Below the pieces are notes generated by a model. That model was not told where the DNA came from. It ran no database searches and worked only from the letters and a program-made list of their open reading frames with translations. Positions 26,644 to 40,900 of a stretch of DNA of 64,000 nt are shown here, piece after piece. This DNA comes from Octopus vulgaris (Eukaryota), in the NCBI GenBank assembly GCA_951406725.2, contig OX597816.1, positions 129,952,001 through 130,016,000 on the forward strand. The letters run 5' to 3'. The stretch's first letter is position 1. The number at the start of each line of letters is the position of its first letter. A program made the position numbers and the translations under genes.

Positions 26644-28933
26644 ATGTCCAACCCATGTCAACATGGAAAATGGATGTATGATGATGATGATGAATGTTAG
26701 CATAGAATGTACAGAATGAAACAACAAAAAGAAAGCATGTCCTTACTTTGGAGATCGTTTAATTTGCAATAAATGCTTCGTGTGTTCTAAAGCAAAGAGG
26801 TCCCAGGCTGTTTTTACTAGATTTATCATTGAAGAGATATCTTCAGGTGACAGAAGGATATCCTGTGATGCATTTTCAAACTGACTCATACTTAGGGTAT
26901 TCACAGGCTCTCGGAGTTCATTTAAGCGTTGGTTGAGAAAAAATTCCAGCTGTGGAAATACATATATTCATATACGGTACATTACATAGACTGACAAGGT
27001 AATTATTTCAAGAGTAATGATTTCAAATCAGCGGCATTATTTCAATGTACATTTTTCCTTCTCATACTGGAACTGGTGCAGCTCTCCTGCTTACTAGCTG
27101 TGGTCAAACCATCCAACTTATGCCAGCATGAAAAGTGGACATTAAAGGAGGATGATAATGGTGTTTCTTTTTTCCATTCTGATAAGAGTTGGATAGATCG
27201 ATAACACAGAATTGATATAATCACATCTGAAGCTTAGCATCATACTAGTTGACTCACTGCTACTTCTCATTCCCTAAATCATCAGTGTTGGCTTAATGAC
27301 ACTGATGCAAGAGACATAGATTTCTATGGTATCAAGCTCAGTACTTTTAATTTATGAGTTTTGATTTCACCAAGCTTCACACTGCCTTTCATACATCAAA
27401 AATAGATAAAACATACTAATAATATAATAGGGACCATTCAATTGATCACCTTTTATCTTTTACTTGTTTCAGTCATTGGACTGCGACCATGCTGGGGCAC
27501 CACATTGAAGGGTTTAATTGAACAAATCGACCCCAGTACTTATTCTTTTTAAGTCTGTTGGTCTCTTTTGGCAAATCTGCTAAGTTACAAGGACATAAGC
27601 AAACCAACACCAGTTGTCAAATAGTGGTGGGGAAGCCACACACAAATACAGAGACACACAGACATACATACATATGATAGGCTTCTACACAGTTTCCATC
27701 TAACAAATTCACTCACAAGTCACTGGTCAGACTGGAGCTATGGTAGAAGACACTTGCCCAAGGTGCTACAAAGTTGGATTGAACCTAAAACCATTTAGCT
27801 GCAAAGCAAGTTTCTTATCCACACAAACATGCCTGCACCTATAGTATGTCTACTTTTCATTTAAAAAATATCCTAAGCCATTTCAAAAAGAAAAAAAATC
27901 TTTATTGTTTCAGTCTCTTTTGTACTGTTGGTATCCATTGAATAAATACAATGAATAGATTTTTCAGATAATCTGAAAGACTGTTTATCTAATTTCAACC
28001 AGTTGTTTGTCTCTTGGAAGTAAAACTCCAATCAACTAGAAATTTTCTAAATTAGTTTAATTAGCACATATCTAAATTATTTTGAAATATCTGCAACTAG
28101 TTTTCTACAGAAATTTTATCAATAAACATATGCAGTCAGCAGAAATGAATGGCTCTATATATTCCTACACAAATTTTCAAATTAAAAAATTAATTGTATT
28201 CATTAGACTAAGAACTGTTTAAACCTTTAGCATTTAAACCAGCCATATCTGACTAAAATGTTCTCTCTGTTTTATGGCCAAACCAGCCACAACTGGCCTC
28301 TCACACTTACCCTGCAATGTTATTCTAAAAATAAACAAACATATCATTAAAATCTCAAAGCTTTAAGATATTGCATGATTAATTCAAAACAATGAATTAA
28401 TAAGTGTTAAATTTGTCAGAGTAATATGAATGTAAAAGGGTTAAATATAAAGACAATACAAACAATACTTTTACCTCCATCAAGTCTTCCATCAACAAAT
28501 TTCTTGTATCCAGGGCCTCAAGAACTGTGAGGGCATCATTACCTCGGGCTACTCCACGTTCTAAATTAATGAAACAGTTAAGCTTGAAAGTCTGTGTTCT
28601 TACCTATAATGCCAAACCAATATTCTTTCACCCTCACCTCCACTACCCTATAGATATGGTGAGAACTGAGGAAATAACTAACCTAATCCTCCTACTTTAA
28701 TTTATCATTACTTTACAAGTGTGTGTGTATGTGCGTGCGTGCATGTGCAGGTATGTTCATCTGTATGTGATGATGTTATTATTTAGACCCTTGTAAGCCA
28801 AGATCAAGCAGACTTATGATCAAAAACATCCATCTTATTGTACGTTAAGAATTTCATTGTCCAGAATGTCCTTCTTTACTTAAGATGGGATTTGGTTGCT
28901 ATTTCTAGCAGGGTGAGCAACCTTATGCAGGCA

Positions 28934-28966
<33 letters not shown>

Positions 28967-31900
28967 GTGTGTGTGACATGTTTCACTTAAGCAGAACAAT
29001 TAACTTAAAAGGTTTCAAATTTTGCAACAGTTCAATAAACCACAGAGAAACACACTTATATATCTAACTTGAAAGGACCATTTTTTAAGCTACTCAATTA
29101 CTTTCATGGCTTTGAGCCTTTTGTTACTGTATTTCTCTGTTGAAATACACTGCCTTTCTGTCAGTTACATTTTAAAAACAATGAAAAATCTAATAAAATA
29201 ACTTTGTCCTTGATGACTTGATGTTTGGAACACACATTACCATGGAATCTTACTGGAAGGTTTCAATTTAGATCACTTGAAAACAGGAAGTTTGAATCAT
29301 AGAACTAGGGGTGATTTTAGGAATGGGGTGTTAAAAGGATCAAAGGGAAACCATTCCCCTGTGAAATGTACTTCCAAGATGAACATCTTTCAAAAATGAA
29401 TATTGTAAATCTGCCTTTAATAATTAGACTGTATAACGAAATTTTTATTTTTTTCATTTATTTATTTATTGTCTTTGGTCAGTAAGTGTTATTTCCTATT
29501 TGCTTCTATCTAGAAATCAAAGGAAATGACTACTACTCTACTATTCCCTTCAAACTTTGCTTTTGTGACCTGGACATCAATGTATTGAAACTGACTCATT
29601 TTCCATTACATTTCAGACAGATTCAGCACTGAGTTGCTGAAGCAGAAATATCATTATAGCAAATATTCTGCTCAATACCACAGATTTGCTTGCCAGTTGC
29701 TTGATCTTAACCACCTGAGCATGTCTCTTCATGGCTGATAATATGTGCCTCTCTGATCATGAGCAGGAGCATTAGGAAAGCATCATAGCCATGTGTTAAG
29801 AGGGATTCTTTTGAGTTTGAATAAATGTAACAAAAGTATAGTTTGAAGGAAATATTAGCCATTATTCATACTTTCTAAGGGTAAGCAAATAGGAAATATC
29901 AGTTGCTACCCAAGGACAAAAATTGTGTTACACAGTGTAATAGATACAATGGGTGACTATTAAGAAAGCATTCAGGACTAGAGACAAAGATTAGGGATGA
30001 TAAATGTAAACAAAGGGAATACAAACCTTTAATTTTAGCAGGTTCTTTAGATGTCTTATCAGTGGTTTCTGTGTCATCTCCCCAATCTATTCCACCATTT
30101 GTCTGTTAAAGTTAATTGAAAAATAGAAAAAAAATTATGAATTAGTCATGTTTCACAATTATTTATTTAAACATAACAAGCAAAGGTGACTTAATGGTGT
30201 TAACCTTTTAGCTTTTAAACCAGCCATATCTGGTCCGAATATTCTACTTGTTTTGTATTCAAACCAACCAGATCTGGTATCTCACACCTACCTTACAATG
30301 TCATTCTGGAAATAAACAATCAATCATCAAAATCTTGAACCTACAAGATACTGCATGATTAATTCAAAACAATGTGAATAAATAAGCATTATTTTTGACA
30401 GAGTAATCTGAATACTAAAGGGTTAAATGTATTTTTTGAAATATTAAGGCTCTGAAGTTTTAAAAAAATGTTGCCCATAAGACAAGGTATCTCCTACTTA
30501 AGAATCAAGCAGTTTATAGTAAGCAGTAAAAACAATATAAAACAAAAAAATTTGAAATTATGTGAAATAGCTTAAAATCGAAGAACTTTCTTCAAACTAG
30601 TTGAGATAATTTTTACTTGGTATAAATAAAAAATCTCAACAGATGGCAGACTCAGTAAAGATCAGAAAATGAAAATAAAAGAAGACATAATCCTACCTCA
30701 TTATTTTCAGAAGATTCTACAGTTATCTGGGACATATCAAAATCAATATCTTCAAAATTAACTTCATTGCTTTCTTCAATATTTCCCCAATCAATCTAAA
30801 ATATGAGAAATAAATCAAAGAATATTAAAACCCAGACAAATGTATAAATAAATATTCTCCCAGTTATCTACATTCAAGAAGGCCTGCAATGTATACATTG
30901 AATTCTCACTAGTTTAGTTTTGCTAACTGTAAATAGCTATAATATGAAGGGGTACAAAAAAGTTCCTGGGTTTGGGTAAAAAGAAAATACAGTTTCCTTC
31001 AACCAAATCCACTCACAAGGCTTTGGTTGGTATGGCACTATAGCAGAAGGCACTTATGCAAGGTGCTAACAGTGGGAGTGAACATGAAACCATATGGTTG
31101 GGAAACAAGCTTCTAAACCACACAGCCACGTATGGTGTATGTGCACATGTGTGTGTGCGTGAATATATATGGGTGTATGGCTGAAAATTTTGCTCCTCAA
31201 CCTACTGTAATCCAGGACCAACCAAACCTTTATGAGTAGGTTTGGCGGACAGAAAATAAAAGAAGTTTAGAGAGAGTGTGAGAGTGAGTGAGAGAGAGAG
31301 AGAGTGAGTGAGTGTTACCTTGCCTTGACATTGCATGATAGTTGTAAATGAGTATTACTGTTATATTGTGCAAAAGCATGCCTAACTATGGGGCATAGGA
31401 AGATCTACCTCAATAAACTCCACCTGACCCTTGAAAGCACAGAAAAGTGGATGGTAAGAATCTTGGCCCCCCTACCCCATAACTCCAGGTTCAGTCCCAC
31501 TGCATGGCACCTTGGACAAGTGTCTTCTACTATAACCTCAGGCTAACCAAAGCCTTGGGAGTGGGTATAGCAGACAGAAACTGGAAGAAGCCTGTCACAC
31601 ACACATATATGTGTATTTAAAAAATTTCACAGAAACAACTAACAGAAAATTCGTAGCTAATTCCTCATCAGTCAACATCCAAAACATCCTTACAATTTCG
31701 CACCTTTAATGCGGATATTGTTCACTTTTGGTGGCGCCAGCAATAGAAAGTCACTGATAATAGCTAATGAACGTACAGGACAATGAAAAAGCAAACACGA
31801 CAAAATAAAATAATTGTTTGTGCGTGTGTGTGTCCTCCAATACCACTTGGCAACCTGTGTTGATGTGTTTATGCCCCTGTAACTTAGCAGTTTGCTTACA

Positions 31901-34900
31901 TAGACTGATAGAATAAGTACAAGGCTTAAAAAATAAGTATAGGGGGTTGATTCATTCAACTAAAAATTCTTCAAGGCAATGCCTCAGCATGGCTGCTGTC
32001 TAATGACCGAAACAAACAAAAGATGAAAGATAAAAAAGAGTAAAGTGAAATTGCCATAAGGAATGGAAAATCCAATGTTTCAGACAGAGTCCTTCTTCAA
32101 GGGAAAAGTTGAAAGGAGAAAATAAGGGAGAAAAATAAAAGAGACAAAAGAGTTTTGTAACTTAGATTTTTAAAAAAACTCTGCTGACTCTCATTAATTT
32201 CTCTCCTTTCAACTTTTTCTGAGGAAGGACCTTGCTCAAAACATTGGATCTCCCATTCCCCATGGCAACTATACTTTACTATTTTTATTGATTTTACTAA
32301 TTAATATGTCTTTTCAATGCAAAACAACAACACCAGCCTCTTTGGAATCTGTTTGATCAGTAGCTGTGTGGTAAGAAGCTTGCCTTCCAGCCACATGGTT
32401 CCAAGTTTAGTCCTACTGTGTGGCACTTTAGGCAAGTGTTTTCTACTATAGCCTCAGGCCAACCAAAGCTTTATGAGTGGATTTGGTAGACAGAAACTGA
32501 AAGATGCCCATTATATATGCATATATATGTAAATAATTTAATGTGTTGTTTGTGTATGTGTCTGCCCCCCACTAACACTTGACAACCGGTGTCAGAGTGT
32601 TAATATTCCTGTAACTTAATGGTTTGGCAAAAGAGACTGCTAGAATAAGTACCAGGCTTTAAAAAAAAATTATAAAGTACTAGGGCTGATTCATTTGACT
32701 AAAATCCTTCAAGGCGATGCCCTAGCATGGCTGCATCTAATGACTGAAACAAATAAAAGAATATATATATATATATTCCAATTTACATGCGACAGACTTT
32801 AAATTATTTACACTATCATCTTGGGCACATTTGTCATTTTGTTCCTCAATGGTTAGCTGATGCTCATCTATTATAGTGATGGGTGGTTGACCTGTTCTCC
32901 ATTCATACATACTGCAGTTGCCTTTGTTGATGATAAACTTCACCATAGGTAGAGAATCTCCAGAGAAGTCATTTCTACAAAGAGAAAAGAAACAGCTGTA
33001 CATTATGGTGCCAAAAAGAATTTGGAAGCCACTACCTTGTCACTTAAGTTACAATAAATAGCAACCAAATTATTCTCAAATCACATCTTATCACCTCAAA
33101 GGGAAGGACACATTGGATATTGTAGTCTGAGATATACTATGTATGAAAAAAAGAGATGTGATCACAGCTGGAATGCATTTGATCATAAGTCTTACTAAGT
33201 TTCCATCTTCATAATCCCTTACACAAAGTGGCTTCTCGCCTTGTTTAAGACTTTCATAATAAAAAAATAATCTGAGACTCAACAACAACTTACAAAAATA
33301 AAGCCTTTTATAAAACATTTCACCGTTTGCTTCAAGGCAAGTGTTTTCTACTATAGCCTCAGGCCACTTGTATCTTTTTTGTGTGTCTAATATTAAAATA
33401 ACCATTTAAAAAATGTGTTTTTCTTATAAACCATAACTAGGCCTGGAGTATATTGATTTCGAATTTTGGCACAAGACCAGCAATTTCAGGGAGGGAGTAA
33501 GTCAATTGGATTGACTCCAGTGTTCAACTGGTATTTATTTTATTGACCCTGAAAAGCATGAAAGGCAAAGTCAACCTTGACAGAATCTGAATTCTGAACA
33601 TAAAGATGGGTGAAAGGCTGTCAGTCTTACTCAAGCAAACCTATGACACTTTGGTAGTCAATCAATTTAATTAATTATATATGACCCACAAACCAGATAT
33701 TTAATACTCAGGGCTGGCTGTGGATTATACTGTGCATTCCAATATACAGTATTGGTCATTGTTTAGCCCTGGTTAGGCTCCAATTGAGCAGGCCTAAAAT
33801 CAAAGGTATTTCAGAAGTGACCATCCTGTCTGCTGCTTAGCAGAAATAATTAATCTATGACTATATTCATCCAATGCTGTCTGTGTTTTTAAGAATTAAA
33901 GTGTGGTTTGAGGGAGATTTGGTTGTACTTCTGATAGATTACATAGCCATGTAGTGGCTTCTTTGTTGATTGGCATTGTAGTGTAGCAGAGTCTTGTCTG
34001 TAAGAAGTTAAATACAAATTAAGGGACATGAGAGGGTCATTAAAAACATTTCCCTATATGTTAGTTTAAATTACTGACCTTTCAACAATGAAATCAATAA
34101 AATTCCCATAGTAGTCAACAACTGGGTTGAGTGATTTGACAGCATTTGTTAAATCACATAATAACTGTGGTAATTCTTTCGCCAATTCAAACAACTCCAC
34201 CTTGATTTTATCACCCTGCAAGTAAAAAATTAGATATAACAATTAATACAGTTGGTGAGCTAAAGTAAAAATTAAACTGGTGGTAGTAATATTAATAGAG
34301 ATGATGACAGTAATGATCTTGGTGAAGTGGATGGTGATGGTGGTGGTAGTGAAGGAAATGGTGATAGTAATGGTTTTAGTAAAGTGGTGGTGGTAATATT
34401 GGTCTCAGTAAAGATGCTAATAGTGATAGTGATGGAGTTAGTGGTAGGGCTAAAACTAGTGGTGGTTAGTAATGGATTTGGTAAAGAATTGCAGTGATGG
34501 CGATGCTGTCAGTGCAATTGATGGAAGTGGTTTTAATAAAGATGAAAGCAGGAGTGTTAATGTTGCTAAGCAGTTCCAAGTCAACTTTAATAGAGTAGTC
34601 CTATGGTAACACAGGTAGACAGCTCAGCAATGAGATGTGATACATAGATCCACTAACCAACAGAGGCCTTAGATATAGATGTTTGCTACTCTTAAAATAC
34701 ACAGGCACCCCATCTGTTACAACGATGAGTGGTCCAGTTGATCCAATCAACAGAACAGCCTGCTCATGAAATTAACATGCAAGTGGCTGAGCACTCTACA
34801 GATATGTGTACCCTTAATGTAATTCTCAGGGAGAATGATGCTACCTTACTGACCAAGCAGGTAGGCCAACATTCTACTTGGATGCCTAAACCATCCTCCA

Positions 34901-37900
34901 CAGACCAACAAGACTGGCAAGAGAGTTTGTTTGTGGGAGATGTGAGAAAGGAACTGGAGGGCTGGCGAAGTCAGTGGAAACACTATGCGACAAGGTAGAG
35001 ACTGTGAGAGGGTTTTGTTATTTGGGAGAAAGGGAAGGTGTAAGTGGTGGATGTGAAGCAGCTGTGACAGCAAGAGCGAGACTTGGCTGGGTGAAGTTCA
35101 GGGAATGTGGAGCGTTGTTATATGGGAAAAGGTTCTCATTGAAGTTGAAAGGAAAGGTCTGTAGGAGTTGTGTGAGAGCTGCAATGCTGTATAGGAGTGA
35201 AAAATGGTGTTTGAGAGAGAGAGAGATGGCAATTTTGAGAAGGACTGAGAGAGTAATGGTGAGAGAAATGTGTGGCGTGAGGCTGTTTGATAAGAGGAGG
35301 ACTGAGGACTTGATGAGGATGCTGGGGTTGAAGGAATCAGTAGAATGGCTGACAAAGGTGAATGGAATGCAGTTGTATGAGCATGTGTTGAGGAGGGATG
35401 AGGAGCATGTTCTGAAGAGGGTGCTAGAGTTTGGGGTGAATGGACAGTGAAAGCAGAGGCGATTGGTAGGGTTGAGAAGGGAGGATACCCAAAACCGGGC
35501 AAGATGGCGAGGGTGATTGCGATGGCATTGAGGTAGATCTGCCCCCCCCTTCCCCCGTTAATGGAGACAAAACCCAGATTCAAAAGGTGGTGGAGGAGGA
35601 GGAGGAGGAGGATCCAGTATGACACGGAATGTGACAAGGCTGGTCTTAAAGTGTCTTGCTCTAGGACACAATGCACTGCCTGGAATCAAGTTCACACCTT
35701 TATGCTCATGAGCTAAATGCCCTAACCAGTAAACCATGTGCCTTCACTACTCTTAAAATAAATATGTATTTATATCACTGTATCACTGTACTGACCACAT
35801 TGCTAGATGGTATTATACTTCATTGGTCACAATACGCTTCCTCGCATTGTTGTAGTTTTTGAATGATGCTACCTTACTGGCCAAGTAGATAGGCCAACAT
35901 TCTAACTGGATGCCTAAACCATCCTCCACAGACCAACAACTTTTTAAATGACTGAAAATATTTAGTCTTTCAATGTCACTTTTTATTCTGTCACACAAAC
36001 AGTTCCAAACTACAAAACCTCTTGTTGCTTTGAAGATTTGAGAAATAATAGGAAGATTTGATATAAACATAAAACAATTATATTTAATACAAAAAAGAAA
36101 TGTAAAATAAAATATAAATCTTACTTTGATACCATACTTTTTGCAACTATTCTGGTATTTGTGTTTATAATCTGCAGCTTTGCTAGTGTTGTCTGATTCC
36201 TTTTTAAAACAATCCTATTAAACGAAAGAAATTGTAAACAGTACAGATAATTTTCCCATCAGTTATTTCAATTATATCAACATATAAAACAAATATAATG
36301 TTATATCATAGCTTTTGAAGATGAGACCAGGTCAAAATATCAGACTCCAATGCTTCTCATTTCAAAGAAGTTTATTGCATTTTACAAATATTTGATATTG
36401 CACTATGAAAAAAAATTGGTATAAAAATAATTAAACATTTCATTCATCCATATACACACACATGTATGAGTGTATGTACATATGTATGTATATATGTATG
36501 TACATACATATGTATGTATATCACTGTATATACATAAATACAGTGCACCATTGTGTCGACCAGTCTATCAAATGATGTAATACACTGCTGGTCTGGGAAT
36601 TGAAACCACTATCTTACAATTGTAAGTGCAACATCCTAATCACTAAGCTACACACATATACATATTGGAATAATTGGAATTCTTTTGTGAGAGACAGACC
36701 ATAGCCAATTGAATTCCCACCCAATATGTTGTTACAAGTCTCTCAGCTCACTAATGGAATAAAAGGCCAAGTCAATACAAGCAGGATTTGAACTTGGAAA
36801 AAAGAGTAAAGTCCAGTCATTTACATAAGACATGAAAAGTTAAGATAACAGGCCTACAAACTCATGAGTCATGGACTTAGACATGCTGCAGGCATATTAT
36901 AGAGTTTGTGGGTAAAGAAAAAGAGTTAAGTGAATTGAAGAAGATGCATGTTGTGAATATAAAGCCACAAATCATGGCTTGGTAGCCTGAAATTCTATCC
37001 TTTCAAGCAATAAGGATTTTCTTTATTTTATGAAATAATTTAACGATTTAGTATTCAGATTCCTCTCCTTCGCTTCATCATCATCATCATTTAATATCTG
37101 TTTTCCATGCTGGCATGGGTTGGATGGTTTGCCTGGAGCTTGTAAGGCCAGGAACTGCACCAGGCTCTATTGTCTGTTCTCACATGGTTGCTACAGCTAG
37201 ATGCCCTTCCTAATACCAACCACTCCATAGTGTATTGGGTGCTTTTTATATGGCACCAACACATGTGCTTTTAATGTAACACATATGCTTTTAATGTAAC
37301 ACCAGTGCTTTTAATGTGGCACCAGTGCTTTTAATGTGGCACCAGCTCCAGTATCAATTCTGCTGTGGCAGATGGGTTTACTTATACAGCAAGGCACCAG
37401 TTAACTCAGCCCTCTGGCATCACCTTTGTATGGCTCAGTGGCTTGAGATAGGTCTTCAATACTTTGTCCCATGTCTTCCTGGATCTCCCTCTTCCACAAG
37501 TTTCATCCACTTTAAAGAATGTTTATTTCTTCATATTGTTTGGAATTAATCATACAAAATTTCATAGACATGATTGTTTATTTCTAGAATGACATTGTAA
37601 AGTAGGCGTGAGAGGCCAAATTGGGCCAGTATGAACATAAAACAGGTAGAAAATTTGGGCCAGATATGGCCAGTTTACATGCTAATGGGTCAAAAAATAA
37701 ATTAAAAACTTTTAAAATAATAACTATAACAATTATTTCTAATTTTTGCACAAGGCCAGCAATTTTGAGGAGAGAGTGTTAGTTGATGCAATCAACCCTA
37801 GTGTTTGACTGGTACTTTATTTTATCAACCCTGAAAGGATGAAAAGCAAAAAATTGCTTTTAGTGGGATTTGAACACAGAATATAAAGATCCAGAAGAAA

Positions 37901-40900
37901 TGCAACTAAGCATTTTGGCCAACACGCTAATGATTCTGCCAGCTCACCATAATATTATTGATAATTAGAGAGGTAATAGATAAATGGATAACCTTTTCAA
38001 TCTGTTGACATCTGGCAATTTGACGTTTCAAATCTGGAATTTCATAATTTACATTTCTGGACATGATTTGGCCTGATTCAGCTGGTTAAATATTAAAATA
38101 AAAAAGAATATAGTATCAATTATCAACATAAGCAAATAAATTGCTTATAAAATCAACAATTATTAATTTTAAGGAACTGAAAGTTTTTGTTTCTATTTTT
38201 CATTTTAAAAATTACAAAATACTGAAAAGGTTTGTTTTTAATCAAAAGATTTAAGAAAGATAAAGCATAAATTATGCAAATAAGATAATTATCATCACCT
38301 TTTAATGTTGTTTTCCAGGCCAGCATGGGTTGGACATAATGAAAACACACTACATCCCTGGGTGGGCTTGAACCACCAACCTTTCAGCTAGCAGCTCCAC
38401 ATGCTAACTGACTGCACTACGGAGCTACATTCTAACAATGATTTAGCAAACTTTCTATGAAGTCAGTACAATTTCTATAAAAATAGTATCCTGCAAGAAT
38501 CCTTGAATTTGAGACATTATTAAAAATTTTATGAAACACAAAAATATTAATAAATAGCGAGGTGTTACTGTTCAACTTACCTAAATATAAGTTATTCTTT
38601 TCATATAAATTTAAAATTTCTGACCATGCCTAAAAGCAAAATAAATAATAATAGTAACTTCTCAGATTGAGACAGGTTACACATAGAGAAAAGTATAGAC
38701 AATTGAAAGAGTCACAGTATGAAGCTGATAGCTATTTTAACATAACTGGAGGGATGAAAGGCAAAAACAAACTATTGCAATGTAACAGTAATAACAAAAA
38801 AACAAAGAAGAGAAAATCAGGCAACATATTTGCTCAACCTGCTAGAAATTGCAGTCAAATTTCCCTTAATTCATACCCTTTCTCCTTAAGGAAAGGGAAA
38901 GGCATACAAAATAATGTACTTCTATATGCCTTTAAAAAAACAGGCTGATCACTGCTGGACGCATGTTATTTAAGGTTAAATAACAAGAACAATAATATTA
39001 ACAGTGATCAAAGTATAAATGTCTTTTTTTTTTTTTAAAGGTTCAAATCCCACCAGTTTGACTTTAATGCCTTTAGAAATCAATAAAAATAAGTGTTAAT
39101 GATATATTGGATTTAGTTTCGTGGTGGGATATAAACCACAAGTTTCATTTAAAAAATCACAAAAAAATGCTCCATAAAGTGGCAGCAAGAAAATGAGATT
39201 GTCATGACTTAAATACCTTTAGTCATAAGGCTGACCTAAACAACAATAACTGCAACAACATAATAAAGTGACAACACAATAACAATAAGTGTTTCTAATA
39301 TTAGTTTCAAATTCTTGGCACAAGGCCAGCTATTTCGGGGAGGGGCTAAGTCAATTTCAACAACCACAGTGATCAACTGGTACTTATTTTATTGTCCCTA
39401 AAAGGATGAAAAGCAAGTCACTCTCAGAACATAAAGATAGACGAAATACCAAAAAGCATTTCGCCCAGCATGCTAACGATTCTGCGAGCTGGCTGCCTTT
39501 CAAGTGTTTCTAATATTGATACAAGATCACAAATTTGTAGAGAGAGAGCAACTATATAATTGACTTTTGTGGTAAAAAGTTTGCTTCCCAGCCACATTGG
39601 TTATGTGTTCAGTCCCACTGTGTGACACCAAGAGAAAGTGTCTTCTTTTAAAGCCCAAGGCCAACCAAAGCCTTGTGAGTGGATTTAGTAGATAGAAACT
39701 GAAAGAAGCCCATTGCATGCAGATGCACATGCATGCATGTGTGTGTGTGTGTTTTACTATCCCTTTGCCTTAACAGCAAGGCAAGTGGTATCTGTCATTA
39801 CCAAACTTCCATGAAAACATGTCTGGTGACAGGGAAATACTACCTTGGGAACAGGTGGGGGTTGGTAACACGAAAAACATCCCGCTGTAGAAAATCCACC
39901 TCTACAAATTCTGTCTGATCCAAACAAGTATGGAAAAGTGGATGCTAAAACAACAATGATGATGATGATGATGATCCTGAAGAAAATTAAATGTGTAAGT
40001 CAACAATGTTGGGATTTCAACACAGAACATAACTAAATACAGTATGGTACTAAGTTCACTTCACTAGCAATTCTGCTTTCTGTCATCTTTAAAACAACAC
40101 TATCAAAATGAAATTTTTTAAAAATCACCTTAGTTAATTCATTTGAATATTGTCCTAGGATGTTCTTCTTTCCTGACTCTGAGTCTTGAGACAATAATGA
40201 CATTATTTCCTTCACATGGAAGTAAGTGATTTCTTGTAATATTACAAATGTCACCAAGAAAGAAAAAAAAAAGAAATAAAGAGAAAAAACATTTAATATA
40301 TAATTGATCCTGATTAAACATTTATGAAAGAAATTAATTTCCTGGAATATTACTTCAATGAAAATTATCGTGATTATCAGGTCATTAAGAATAAAATGTC
40401 CAATTTTCTTATGCACCAAGTTGATGGTTCTTTGTTTTACAACATTGAAGAGTTACATCATCACTCTTCAAAATGCAGTTCATGGTATCTGATTATATTG
40501 TGAGTTTTCTCTTGTAAAATCAATTTTTGTGAACCCATAGATAGATTAAAAATTCATGTTGTTTATGAATCTGAGTTCCATCATAGAATCAATGCATCCC
40601 AGACAGCTTGAAACATCAATGAGGTGTTTCGTGAAGATGTGGTGAATGAGCGCACTGTACATCAATGGTTTGAGAAGTTCCAGTCTGGTGACTTCACTCT
40701 TGAAAATCATGCCCATGGTAGACCTGAGACCAAGGTGGATAATGATGAGCTGGAAACTGTAGTGGAAGTGGATACATTTCAAACTACATGTGAGTTAGCA
40801 GCAAAGTTTGATGTTTTGATTCCAACTGTATTGGACCATCCAAAACAAATCAGCTGAGTGTGGCTACTTTGAGTAAACTGTTATCTCCCAGCCATAATCT

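Noticed and set aside
37240-37345. Regularly spaced 20-bp repeats, superficially CRISPR-like
   Set aside because: Head-to-tail units with no unique spacers; a minisatellite inside a eukaryotic repeat; no cas genes.
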